From: Squalus acanthias
Lineage: Eukaryota
DNA length: 64,000 bases
NCBI GenBank assembly: GCA_030390025.1
Contig: CM059431.1
Location: forward strand, 126,048,001-126,112,000
Reading direction: 5' to 3'
The position numbers and the translations under genes were made by a program. The notes beneath the pieces were generated by a model. The model ran no database searches. It was not told the DNA's origin and worked only from the letters and a program-made list of their open reading frames with translations. Shown here piece by piece: positions 44,310-57,705 of the stretch (position 1 is the stretch's first letter; the number at the start of each line of letters is the position of its first letter).

Positions 44310-47300
44310 AATGATGGGACAGCTGAGACCTATTGCCTGCTATTCCTGTCATATTGGAACTTCAGGACGCTTCATGTGTCCTGGATAACCACGTGTGCAG
44401 AAAGTGCCTCCAATTGCTCAAATTAAACCTTAGGATTTCTGAGCTTGAAGAGTGAGTGGAGTTATCGCAGGGCATACAGGAAGCTGAGAATTTCCTGGAA
44501 AGCACGTTCTAGGAGGTGGTCATCCCACAGCTACAGAGAGTTTAGGAGGATAGTAAGTGGGTGGCCATCCGATAGGATAGGAAGCGACAGGCAGTACAGG
44601 AATCCTTCAGGAGCGTGGCACTCTCAAACTGGTTTTCAGTGCTGAATATCAGTGAGGTTGACAACACCTCGTAGGGCAAATGACTGCACAGTGTAGAAAT
44701 GCAGTGGTTATAAGGGATTCGATATTCAAGGGGATAGACGGCATTTCTGCAACTGCTGGCGTGAGTCTCGCACAGAATGTGGCCTCCCTGGTGCCAGGGT
44801 ATAGAATATCACTGAACGGGAGCAGAAGTCTTTGCGGGGGGGAAGGGGAACAGCCAGAAGTCTTGGTCAATGTTAGAACCAATGACGTAGCTAGGAAAAG
44901 GGTTGCAGTCATACAGATAGAGTTTTGGAAACTAGGTAGAAAGTTAAAGAGCAGGACCTCAACGGTAGTAATCTCTGGATTATGCCCAGTGCTATGTGCT
45001 AGTGTGTATAGGAGCAGTAAGACAGGTTAATGCGTGGCTGGAGAAATGGTGCAGGAGGGAGGGCTTCAGATTCCTAGGGCATTGGGGCCAATTCTGGGGA
45101 AAGAGGGACCTGTACAAGCTGGATGGTAGGTACCGCAACAGGGTTGGAACCAATGTCCTTGCGTGAAGGTTAACTAATGCTGTGGGGGAGGGTTTAAACT
45201 AATTTGGCAGGGGGAGGGGCACCAGGATGCAGCATAAGAGAGGAGACACAAGGTGCACAGAGGACTGAGAGACAAACATAATTTGAATAAAGATGTAGAT
45301 CAGAAATGGGAGGGATCAGACTGGGGGGAATGCGAGGCAGACTAAGATGGGTTTGGAGTGCATGTGTGCAAATGTATGGAGTGTGCTAAATAAGGGTGGT
45401 GAGCTGCATACACAAGTAGCTACATAGGATTATAATATAGTGGCAATAACAAAGACCTGGTTCAAACAAGGGGCGAATGGGCACTTAATATTCCTGGCTA
45501 CAATGTGTTCAAGAAAGATAGGAAAGGACAAAAAATGAGGGAGGATGTCAGTTTTGATCAGAGATACTGTTACAGCATTCGAAAGGGATGATATACTTGT
45601 AGGTTCAATTACAGAATCTATTTGTTTGGAATTAAAGAAAAATAGAGGAGCTATTATGCTGCTGGGTGTATACTATTGACCAGTATACAAATAATGGGAA
45701 AGAGATAGAGGAACAAATTGCAGAAAGATGCATGAACTTTAGAGTAGTAAAAATTGGGACTTCAATTATCCAAATATAGACAGGGAAAATAACAGCATAA
45801 AGGGCAAAGAGGAAGAGGAATTCCTGAAATGTATGCAAGAGAACTTTCTTGATCAGTATGTTTCCAGTCCAACGAGGAAGGAAGCAATGCTGATCTCATT
45901 TTGGTGTAAGTTGAGCATGTTTCAGTGGGATAGCATCTGGGAACAGTGATCACAATATCATTAAATTTACAGTAGTTATGCAAAAGGACAAAGAAATTCA
46001 AATGGAGGAGGGCTAATTTCAGTGAGTTGAAAAGGGATCTGACCCAGATGGATTGGAGTCTAAGATTGGCAAGACAAACAGTAAATGAGCAATGGGAGGT
46101 CTTCAAAGAGGAAATAGTTCAGTACAATCTAGACACATTCCCATGTGAGGGAAAGGAAGGGCATCCAAAGCCAGAGCTCCCTGGATGATTGAAGATAGAG
46201 GGCTGGATTTTGTCAATGGAAGCTTTTGGAGGCGGGACTGCTGCTTGCTGGCTTTCAATCCCACCTCCATCAGCTTGTGGCCAACCAACGGGATTTTTCC
46301 CTGATTGACCTTGTTAAGCTCACCCAGCGGGCTCAGCAGGCCAATTAGGGGGAAGTCAGTGACAGAGCACGTCAATATCTGACGTGCCATCTGTCAAGAT
46401 TTCTTGAAAGAAGAAATGTCAGCGTTTGACAGCTCTGTGAAGCTGTCAAACACTGACATTCTGTGTAGTTTGATGAGTCTGTGTGTTCAGGACTCCTCAA
46501 ACCTTTCAACTTTGCAGAAATCACCTGGCTGTTGGTTTGGAGGATCCAACAGCCAGTCTGTGAAACCTACAATGAAGATGTCGGGACTCCAGATCCACAG
46601 CGGCTGAAGGCAGAAACAAAGGTAAGTGAACATTTTATAACACTTAACACTCAGCTTACATACATACTACTCCACACTTGCACACATCACTCACCTCTAC
46701 ATCGCACTTTCAGACCCCTCCAAACCCCGCAGACCTCCTTCTTGTCTCCTACACCCTGGTGGGGTTTTCCGAGGTCTGGAAGCCTGCACTTCAGAGCTAA
46801 AAATAGGGATAATCCTATTTTCTGCCTGTTAACTACTGGTTAACAAGCAGTTAATAGGCTTTAATCCCTTTCCCGCCTTGAGGAGATGGGACCCGGGGCA
46901 GGACGGCTTCCTGCCTCCTGGCAAGAGGGCACGGAGGCAGGATGGGGGCGGGTTTGCCACCCGCCCCCAAATCTTGTAACTTTACCGGCAGTCCCGCCTC
47001 CATACCCGCCCCCTCGGGGCTGACAAAATCCAACCCATAGAGATTAAAATGAAACAGAAAAAGGAGGCATATGATTAATGTCTGGTTCATAATTCAGTAG
47101 AGAACCAAGCTGAATAAATGAAGTACAGAGGAGAACTGAAAAAGGAACTAAAAGGGGAAAGAGAGAATATGAGGAGAGAGTTGCAGGTAACATAAAAGAG
47201 AACCCAAAAGTCTCTTAAAAGCATATGAATAGTGAAAGGGTGGGACTGATTAGGGACCAAATAAGAGATCTTGTGGCGGCAGAGGCATGGCTGAGGTACT

Positions 47301-47513
47301 AAAAAAGTAGTTTGCTTTTATCTGGTCTTTACTAGATAAAGAGGAGGTACTTAAAAGGTTGGCAGTGCTCAAAGTAGAAAAGTCACCCGGTCCGGATGGG
47401 ATACATCATTGGTTGCTGAAGGAAGGAAGGGTGGAAATTGCAGAGCCTCTGCCACAATCTTGCAATCCGCCTTTAGATATAGGAGTGGTGCCAGAGGACT
47501 GGAGCATTGCTAA
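44310..47513 (+). mobile_element. Older CR1 LINE, 5' portion (ORF1 zinc-finger/esterase and ORF2 endonuclease remnants)
   Basis: AVVIRDSIFKGID..VNVRTNDV esterase remnant; degenerate EN; ends at GVVPEDWSIAN where a younger CR1 is inserted. Confidence 0.8.
46200..47036. mobile_element. Harbinger-type MITE inserted in the older CR1
   Basis: TIRs GGGCTGGATTTTGTCA / TGACAAAATCCAACCC; CR1 sequence resumes on both sides. Confidence 0.8.
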
Positions 47514-50500
47514 TAGTGGCTAAGAGCAATAGTGGTAGGGGATTCAATAGTGAGGGGAGCAGACAGGCGTTTCTGCGGCCACAGACGTGACTCCAGGATG
47601 GTATGTTGCCTCCCTGGTGCCAGGGTCAAGGATGTCACTGAACGGCAGCAGCGCATTCTGGGGGGAGAGGGTGAACAGCCAGATATCGTGGTCCATATCG
47701 GTACCAATGACATAGGTAGAAAGAGGGATGAGGTCCTGCAGGCAGAATTTAGGGAGCTAGGAGTCAGATTAAAAAACAGGACCTCAAAGGTAGTAATCTC
47801 CGGATTACTCCCGGTGCCACGTGCTAGTGAGTCCAGAAATAGGAGGATAGAGCAGATGAATGCGTGGCTGGAAGGATGGTAGAGAGAGGGAGGGCTTCAG
47901 ATTCCTGAGGCATGGGGACCATTTCTGGGGGAGGTGGGACCTGTACAAGCTGGACGGGTTGCACCTCAACAGAGCTGGGACCATAATACTCATGGGCGGG
48001 GTGGGGGTTGCTAGTGCTGTTGGGGAGGGTTTAAACTAGCTTGGCAGGGGGATGGGAACCGAAGAGTAGAGTCAGTAGGGAGGGAAGAAAAACTGGAATT
48101 GGAAAACAAAAACGTAGAAAGTAAATTGGAAGGACAGAGGAATCAAGGGCTAGATAGTAGTCAACAAGGAGGTTTGCCTGTACTAAATGGTATATACTTC
48201 AATGCAAGGAGTATAGCGAACAAGGCAGATGAGCTGAGGGCACATGTAGATACTCGGGACTATGATATTATAGCTATTACAGAGACGTGGCTGAAAGAGG
48301 GGCAGGTATGGCAGCTCAACATTCCTGGTTACAGGATTTTCAGACGGGATAGAGAGGGATGTATAAAGGGAGGGGGGGGTTTGCGGTATTGATTAAAGAA
48401 ACTGTGAGGAGGGATGATATGTTGGAGGGATCATCAAACAAGGCCATATGGGTTGAATTGAAAAACAAAAATGGGGCGATCACACTGCTGGGAGTGTACT
48501 ACAGACCCCCAAACAATGAGAGGGAGATAGAAGAGCAAATATGTAGACAAATCTCTGAGAAGTACAAAAACTATAGGGCAGTAATAGTAGGGGATTTCAA
48601 CTACCCCAATATTAACTGGGATAAAATTAGTGTGAAGGGGATAGAGGGTGCGGAATTCCTAAAATGCATCCAGGAGAACTTTTTTAACCAGTATGTAGCA
48701 AACCCAACAAGGGAGGGGGTGGTTCTGGACTTAGTTTTAGGGAATGAAGCTGGGCAGGTAGAAGCCATATCAGTGGAGGAGTATTTTGGTGCTAGTGACC
48801 ATAATTCAGTTAGATTTAAGGTAGTTATGGAAAAGGACAAGGATAGACCAGGAGTAAAAATTCTAAATTGGGGAAAAGCAAATTTTGCTAAGCTCAGTGG
48901 GGATTTAGCCATAGTGGACTGGAAACAGCTACTTGAAGGTAAATCAGTGTCAGAGCAATGGGAGGCATTCAAGGAGTAGATCTGGAGGGTTCAGACTAAA
49001 TATCTGTCCTTAAAGAAGAAAGGTGGGACTAACAAATCTAGAGCCCCCTGGATGTCTAGGGACATACAGGGTAGGATAAAGAAAAAAAGGGAGGCGTATG
49101 ACAGATACCGAGGGCTAAATACTGCAGAATTTTCAGAGGAGTACAGAAAGTGCAGGGGTGCAATTAAAAAGGATATTAGGAAAGCAAAGAGAGAGCATGA
49201 AAAATTCTTGGCACGTAAAATCAAGGAAAACCCAAAGATGTTTTATAAATATATTAAGAGTAAGAGGATAACTAAAGAAAGGGTAGGGCCTATTAGAGAT
49301 CATGAGGGTAATCTGTGTGTGGAGGCAGGAGACACCGGTAGGGTTCTTAATGAATACTTTGCGTCTGTTTTCACAAAGGAGAGGGGCGAAGCAGACATTG
49401 CTATCAGGGAGGAGGAATGTGAAATATTAGATGAAATAAACATAGTGAGAGAGGAAGTAATAAGGGGTTTAGCAGCTTTAAAAGTGGATAAATCCCCAGG
49501 CCCGGATGAAATGTATCCCAGGCTGTTAAGCAAAGCAAAAGAGGAAATAGTGGAGGCCCTGACCATCATTTTCAATCCTCTCTGGCTTCAGGTGTGGTGC
49601 TGGAGGACTGAAGGACTGCTAATGTGCTACCCTTGTTTAAAAAGGGAGAAAAGGATAGACCGAGTAATTACAGGCCAGTCAGCCTAACCTCGGTGGTGGG
49701 AAAATTATTGGAAAGAATTCTGAAGGACAGGATAAATCTTCATTTAGAAAGACACGAATTAATCAAGGATAGTCAGCACAGATTTGTTAAGGGAAGGTCG
49801 TGTCTGACAAACTTCATTGAATTTTTTGAGGAGGTAACAAGGAGGGTAGATGAGGGTAGTGCGTTTGATGTAGTGTATATGGACTTTAGCAAGGCTTTTG
49901 ATAAGGTTCCACATGGCAGACTGGTCACGAAGTTAAAAGCCCATGGGATCCAGGGCAAAGTGTCAAGTTGGATTCAAAACTGGCTCGGAGGCAGGAAGCA
50001 GAGGGTAATGGTTGATGGGTGTTTTTGTGACTGGAAGGCTGTTTCCAGTGGGGTTCTGCAGGGCTCAGTACTAGGTCCCTTGCTTTTTGTGGTATATATC
50101 AATGATCTAGACTTGAATATAGGGGGTATGATTAAGAAGTTTGCAGATGATACTAAAATCGGCTGTGTGGTTGATACTGAAGAAGGAAGTTGTAGACTGC
50201 AGGAAGATATCAATAAATTGGTCAAGTGGGCAGAACAGTGGCAAATGGAATTCAATCTGGAGAAGTGTGAGTTAATGCATTTGGGGAGGGCTAACAAGGA
50301 AAGGGAATACACATTAAATGGTAGGGCACTGAGTAGTGTAGAGGAACAAAGGGACCTTGGAGTGCATGTCAACAGATCCCTGAAGGTAGCAGGCCAGGTA
50401 GATAAGGTGGTTAAGAAGGCATATGGAATGCTTGCCTTTATTAGCCATGGCATAGAATACAAGAGCAGTGGGGCTATGCTTCAACTGTATAAAACACTAG

Positions 50501-51066
50501 TTAGGCCTCAGCTAGAGTACTGCGTGCAGTTCTGGTCACCATATTACAGGAAAGATGTGATTGCACTAGAGAGGGTACAGAGGAGATTTACAAGGATGTT
50601 GCCGGGAGTAGAGAATCTTAACTATGAGGAAAGACTGGATAGGCTGGGTTTGTTTTCCTTGGAACAGAGGAGGCTGAGGGGAGAACTTATTGAGGTGTAT
50701 AAAATTATGAGGGGCCTAGATAAAGTGGATAGAAAAGGACCTACTTCCCTTAGCAGAGGGGTCAAAAACCAGGGGACATAGATTTAAATGAATTGGTGGA
50801 AGGTTTAGAGGGGATTTGAGGAGAAATGTTTTCACCCAGAGGGTTGTGGGGGTCCGGAACTCACTGCCTGAAAGGGTGGTAGAGGCAGAAACCCTAACCA
50901 CATTTAAAAAGTACTTGGATGTGCACTTGGGATGCTGTAACCTGCAGGGCTACGGACCAAGAGCTGGGAAGTGGGATTAGGCTGGATAGTTCTTTGTTGG
51001 CTGGCGCGGACATGATGGGCCGAAATGGCCTCCTTCCGTGCCGTAACTTTCTATGATTCTATGATT
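47514..51066 (+). mobile_element. Younger CR1 LINE, 5'-truncated in ORF1; ORF2 with a few stops and frameshifts
   Basis: VGDSIVRG..VHIGTND (SGNH esterase); YFNARS, ITETW, GDFN, SDH (APE); DFSKAFD, QGSVLGP, FADD (RT); CTATGATTCTATGATT tail. Confidence 0.93.
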
Positions 51067-52412
51067 TAAAGAAGGGGAAATGCACAAACCCGGCACTTAC
51101 AGGCCAGTCAATCTAACACCAGTGGTGGGGACATTTTTAGAGACGTTAATCAAGGACAAAATGACTTGTCACTTGGAAAAATGGGTTAATAAATGCAAGT
51201 CAGCACAGATTTATTAAAGGCAAATCGTGTTTGACTAAATTGATTGAGTTCTTTGAAGTAATGGAGAGGGTGGATGAAGGTAGTACGGTTGATGTTGTGT
51301 ATATGGACTTTCAAAAGGTGTTTGACAAAGTACCACATAATAGACTTGTTAGCAAAATTGAAGCACTTGGTTTTTGACCCCTCTGCTGAGGGATATCTAT
51401 GCAACCACTGCTCAGTGGTTGCATAGATACAAAATTGGCTAAGGGACAGAAAGCAGAGGTGTTCCCCCAGGGATTGGTGTTGGGACCATTGCTCTTTTTG
51501 ATATATAGTAATGACCTGGAAATGGGTATACAGGGCATAATTTCAAAGTTTGCAGATGACTTGAAATTCGGCAATGTAGTAAACGGTGAGGGAGGATAGT
51601 AACAGACTTCAGGAGGACATAGACTGGTGAAATGGGCAGACACATGGCCAATGAAATTTAATGCAGAGAAATGTGAAGTATTATATTTTGGTCAGAAGAA
51701 TGAGGAGAAGCAATATAAACTAAATGGTACAATTTTAAAGGGGATTCCGGAACAGACAGACCTTGGGGTGTATGTACACAAATCTTTGCAAGTGGCAGGA
51801 CAAGTTGAAAAGGCTCTTAATAAAAGCACATGAAATCCTTGGCTTTATAAATAGAGGCATAAAAGGCAAGGATGTTATACTAAACCTTTATAAAACACTG
51901 GTTAGACCCCAGCTGGAGTATTGTGGCCAAATCTGGACACAAGACTTTAAGAAGGATGTCATGGCCTAAGAGAGGTTGCAGAGGGGATTTACTAGAATAA
52001 TACCAGGGATAAAACATTTCAGTTACATGGCGAGACTAGAGAAACTGAGGTTGTTCTCCTTAGAGCAGAGAAGGTTAAGGGGCGATTTGATAGAGGTTTT
52101 CAAAATCTTCAAGTTTTGAGAGAATAAATAAAGAGAAACGGTTTCCAGTGTCAGAAGGGTCAGTAACCAGAGGACACGGATTTAAGTTAATTGGCAAAAG
52201 AACTGGAGGCGACATGAGGAAAAAAAAGTGTTCTGCAGCGATTTGTTATGCACTGCATGACAGGGTAGTGGAAGCAGATTCACTAATAACTTTCAAAAGG
52301 GAATTGGATAAACACTTGAAAAGGAAAATTTGCAGGGCTATGCGGAACGAGCAGAGGCACGATGGGTCAAATTGCTTCCTTCTGTACTGTATCATCCTAT
52401 GATTCTATGATT
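51067..52412 (+). mobile_element. Older CR1 LINE, 3' portion (decayed RT)
   Basis: Resumes at KKG..YRPVNL; PQGLVLGP..KFADD; ends CTATGATTCTATGATT. Confidence 0.85.
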
Positions 52413-54649
52413 TCTGAGGTAATCAGTCGGGGACACTCATTGCTGTGCACATGTGCAAGGTCTGGCATGTGTGTGCATAGAAGAAAATTACCTGGCATTT
52501 TGGAGCAAACTGATGGCTCAGGCCAAAGATTACAAGAAGTGCTGATTTATTCAGCAAACACTGCCATGTAGACATAACACTGCAAACACAAACTGTCAGC
52601 TTGCATGCAGATTGTACACCCATTCTTTCAATAGCCCATACTTATCCTGAGTCTTTCTATCAAACTATCTCTCATTTCCTCTATCAAAAATATTTGTTCA
52701 TCTGACCAGTGTGGTGCGAATAGGTTGGTTGTGAACATTAGTATTTTCTTCTTGGGCCTGTAAGCAGAAAGAGATATCCAAGAACTGTTAGCATAGAAGT
52801 ATTGGCAATCTCTTTTAGAGAAGTGTAAAGCCCCTACACCAAAAACTCATATGCAGGTGACTTGCCAGCAACATACATACCACCTTCTCCTTTACATCTA
52901 AAGCAGACCCAAGAGCGATTTATCCTTTTCCGTCTGTGGTGACCAACATTGCAGACGTTACCTGAATAATTTTGGGGAACATCAGTGCTAAAAAATAGGA
53001 AGAGCTTCCTGGTTTTAGTATGATTGTTGCATTAAATAGTCCATCAAGGACAGAATGCCACAGATGCAAAGTAAAGTTCCTTTTAATCAGACCACTAATG
53101 TGCCTTAACCATTGAATAAGTCCTCTCCCTATTGTACCAGCATGGATTTTTCACAGGTTGTCTGCAATCTTCATGTATGAATTATGGAAATCAAGACCCA
53201 AAGGATAAAGCACAGCCACATGTGCTGAAACTCTCCAGAAATATTAGCTATTGGAAAGGTCAGGCAGGTAATGTGTGGGTAATTAAGTTGAGTGTCTGAT
53301 TTCAGCTTTTATTTGACCTGATTGATTTAACCTTCCACTAGCAGAATTACCACTATACTGGAAGCATAGAACACTGTTCACACACACTTGCAATTAATTG
53401 GTAGAGTTACTCCACATTTAATACTTTAAAAAATGAAACCCCATCAAAAGTGAAACTCATATCTATGCCTTCCCTATTGGTAGAAATTGGGTTATGGCTC
53501 ATTTCCAGGTGCATAACCAATGGGGGTGCAGTCAGCAGGAGCCCGACTTGGGAGGCCCGAGGCTTGCCTTAAATTAGGCTTGAGCCTTATTTCAATAACT
53601 ATGGTGTGCTGCTGGCACCTGTCGTGCCTTCAGGGGCAGCTCGCCTATGTCAAGGGGATCAATTTCGGGCCACCCGCCTCGCCAGAAGCGGCCCTCCGGT
53701 AAATCTCTGGGGATGGGGGGGGGGGGGGTGGGGGAAGGAGAATATGGAAGAGGGCCGATTGCAGGCAAGCAGCAGCCCTCAGGAGTGTTGTGGAGCCAGG
53801 AGTAGCATCAAACTTTAAAAATCAATGTACTTACATTTTTGTTGGCGGTCACTGTTTAGTTGTAGCAATCGCTGAAGGTTCCTGAGTGAAGCAGCCCCTC
53901 CACTCACTGCTGTCTAATTTAGGAGAAGGATCCTAAAACAGGTGTTAGGCCCAGCATTTACATATGTAAGGAGCCGAACGCCTGATTTAGGGGTACCTGC
54001 AAAATCGCATAACCCAATTTAGAATTGGACATATTTCAGGTGGTCTTGGGGTGTGGGAGACAGCAGCATGAAATTGATGCTTTTTACCCCATTCTGCACC
54101 CAGAAAATAGATGCAGTGTGGTTCAGTTTCACCTCCGATATTTATCTTTTTGTGAAATTATTCACCTGGAAAAAATACATACAAGACAAAATAACAATTA
54201 AGATGAATTAAAATACGTTTAACATGATTTTTATTATGAGAAAACATTTTGGAACAATGCATGTTATTGCGTGGAGAAAATCTGCTTTGTTGCAATTTAC
54301 TCAACTATTAAATTGCCTCCACTCTCCCTTCCTCCTCCCTTGCTGGAAAAATCAAAATGCAAGAAAAACCAAAGGTTTGTTAGGGAAGGTAAAAGATTGT
54401 GTAATTTGCACCTACTTTTCTTTTATGTGTGTAAATTTTGACCCAAAATTATGTGATTGAATTCATTCAATGAATATTGCCAGGAATATCCTTGCTCTGT
54501 TGTTGTAACATTGGCAGACGTTCAGCGAAAATGGGGCTTCACAACAATAACAAGACGGTGTAGTACGACAGTCTATTGAAACACATATATGCCAATCTAG
54601 AATACTGGCGAAAGCTGATCAACTGCTCTGATAAAGCTGATAGAACCGC

Positions 54650-55121
54650 TTCCCCCCGCACCACCGCTAACCCCCCACCACCGCTCCTCCCCACCCCACC
54701 ACCGCTCTCCCCCCCACCACCGCTCCCCCCCACACCGCTCTCCCCCCCACCACTGCTAACCCCCAACACCACTCCTCCCCCCCCACCGCTCCCCCCCCAC
54801 CGCGCTCCCCCCCCACCGCTCCCGCTCCCCTCCCTCCCCCCCCTCTTCCTCCCCCCCTCTCCCCCTCCCCCATCCTCCCCCGCTCCCCTTCCCCCCGCTC
54901 CTCCTCCGCTCCCCTCCCCCCTCCTCCCCCGCTCCCCTCCCCCCCCCTCCCCCCCGCTCCTCCCCCCCCTCCTCCTCCACTCCCCCCCCCATCCCCTCCC
55001 CCCCCGCTCCTCCCCCCCCTCCTCCTCCACTCCCCCCCCCCCAATCCCCTCCCCCCCCGCTCCTCCCCCCCCTCCTCCTCCACTCCCCCCCCCCGCTCCC
55101 CCCACCACTCCCCAACTCCCC
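54650..55121. repeat. C-rich low-complexity tract (G-rich on minus strand)
   Basis: ~470 bp of degenerate CCCCCCGCT/CCTCCT units. Confidence 0.95.
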
Positions 55122-56645
55122 AAAAGCTTAAAACTCAACAAGGGTCTGTGAAATGTAGTTAGGTGGAAATCGTAACTTATGCTGTAGGTATATCCAACAT
55201 TCCTTAATTTGTACTGGGGAAAAAAACAAGCTTAAGTACACAAAAGCCTGTGGAAGGAAATACAAAGATTGCAGGCATCAAACTGGTGGGGGTAGAAGTC
55301 GGTATGTGTGTGTAAAATGGGCGCAACGCTGACCAGTTTAGCATTGAGATAGCCTGCATCCAGTGTGCACAGATGGTCAGTCCACTGCTAAATTTGTCGG
55401 GCTCATGGGTGTTAGGCCCATTGCATTTGTTACTTAGGGGCCTAACACCTGTTGAAGAAGCAGTCTGAGAACTTTGTTTCCGCTCAGAGGGACTGGCGTT
55501 AGGATTCTGCAGCTGCCAATTAAAGGTAAGTTTCTCATTTAAAACAAACATGCCTGTAGAGCCTGGTGTTTTGCCACCTAGCCCATGTTAACACGTTACC
55601 TTTCTTTTTATGTTGGATGCAGGAGGCTCCCAAGTCAACGTAGCTGGCACCAGGGAGAAGGAGAAAGCTGGCCCATTATGTTAGCAGATGTCAAGCACTC
55701 CTCGGCATACAAGTACCAGCAGATATACATCTACTTCAAAGGAATCTGATAGAGGAAGCCAGGAGGCAGCATCTGCTGATGGGCCCAGAACAAGTGAAGG
55801 AGATCAATTGCAGGTGACAGCGAGTGATCAGAAACAATAGGAAGGGAGGACTATCACCCTCCGTCCGTCTGCCTGCTCCTTGAAATAGTGCTAGCCCCAT
55901 GAATTGGCACAAGGTGAAGTCATGAAGGCTGCTGCCGGGATATCATGCACTATTCTTGTGGTCCAACACCATCTGCGCATTGAATAAATGAGGGCCTTTC
56001 CTATTCATACCTGTATATGCCACAGAATTGTTGTTACGGACCTAGATGGCTACATGGTACCATCCATGTGGCTCTGTACTTTAGGGAAGTCTACTACCTG
56101 GTAAAGTGTTGCGCTCTCTTGTCATGTCTTCTTTGCATGGGAAAAGTGACAAAAATGTTTCCCCTGGAAAACAAGGCTTTTGCGACCTCACAGTGAGAAA
56201 TGATACCATTGGTGGCTTGAAAGGTTCTGGTGACATAAAAATTCAATGCTACGTGACTTTCACTATAATTAAAAGGATTATCCTTATGGTAGCTCTTATA
56301 TGTAGGCCAGGTTTCATTAGATAGCATAATTCATTTACAGTTTCTCTCAGCTATAGCCACATAGGCCTTGAATTTAATTGACTTCAGAGGGCGGGTTTGG
56401 ATGCGGGTCGGTTGCAAAAATCGGAAAAATTGCCAGCGGGCTGCGAACCTGCCTCCATCCCGCCTCCACGCTACTTTAGCAAGTGTTGGGTCAGCCGGTC
56501 CTGAACTGACCCGACACCAAACGGTGGGAGAGGTAGTTAAGGCAGTTAACAGCTTGTTAACTGCCTGGATAATCCTATCAGCGGCATCTCCCAGTCGGCT
56601 GCACACACCTGCATCACACTGACTACTGATGCCCTCTTTGCAAAG

Positions 56646-57418
56646 GTGCACAATTACATCCACTTCTCCACGGATGAAGCAAGTGTAGCTGTGCATGCGG
56701 TTGGCTTTGCAAATATGGCAGGCTTCCCAAGGGTGCAGGGCATTGTAGACTGCACACATGTGGCCATTAGGGCACCCCATCACAACCCAGCTGTATTTGT
56801 CAACCACAAGGGATTCCACTCCCTTAACGTCCAGCTGGTGTGTAACCACAAGAAGATCATCATGCATGTTTGCGCAAAGTACCCTGGCAGTTGCCATGAC
56901 TCCTTCATCCTGCGGCAGCCTACTGTGCTCAGCTCTTCAATCCGCCAACCCAACTTCCCGGATGGCTACTTGGTGACAAGGGCTATCCCCCGAAAAAGTG
57001 GCTCATGATACCGATGAGGAGACCATCAAACGAGGCTGAGGAGCGGTACAATGTGAGCCACATTTCCACCAGAAGCATCATAGAGCAAACCATTGGCTCT
57101 CTCAAAATACGATTCCGATGCCTCGACAGATCAGGTGGAGCCCTGCAGTATGCACCAGCCAGGGTGTCCAGAATCATCTTTTTCTGCTGTGCCCTGCACA
57201 ACATCGCACAGCAGCGTGGCTTAGCGCTGCCTGAGGATCAAGTGGCTCAGCGCAGAGCCTCCTCGGAAAAAGAGGGGGAGGATGAGGAGGCGGCCAAGGA
57301 GGAGGATGAGGACGAGGAGGCATGCCTTGCGGGGCCGGCTGTGGACAATGCAGCAGCACTCGACCAGATTGCTGGCCGTCACGCAAGGGATGCACTCATC
57401 CATGCCAGATTCGCGTAA
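56646..57418 (+). pseudogene. Harbinger DDE transposase (HARBI1-like), one frameshift, N-terminally truncated
   Basis: [61 protein letters not shown]. Confidence 0.88.
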
Positions 57419-57705
57419 GGTTACGCTTCAACCACAGGTGGCTGGCATATGGCTATGAATGTATGGATGACCTTCTTAACATGCCATACATCATCTCTCC
57501 AATAAACAGTGCTTTCCTATCACTCTCAGCACCATCATTACAAATGCAAGTCGCCCTGAGCCCTCAATGTGCAACTTCTATTTTCCAGAACACATAGGCA
57601 GAACAGTTGAAGTTCTGGCCTATCACCTTTGTTTAATATCATCACAAAAGGATGACAATCGAAAATATGCAACAGAACAAAACACCCAAGTGACTACCCT
57701 TGTGA

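Noticed and set aside
54539..55151. Pro-rich and Gly-rich ORFs (formin/extensin-like)
   Set aside because: By-product of the C-rich low-complexity tract; no real ATG start, splice context or domain
56646..57418. Host HARBI1 gene
   Set aside because: Frameshifted, truncated and enclosed by TIRs with a Myb partner; it is a transposon copy
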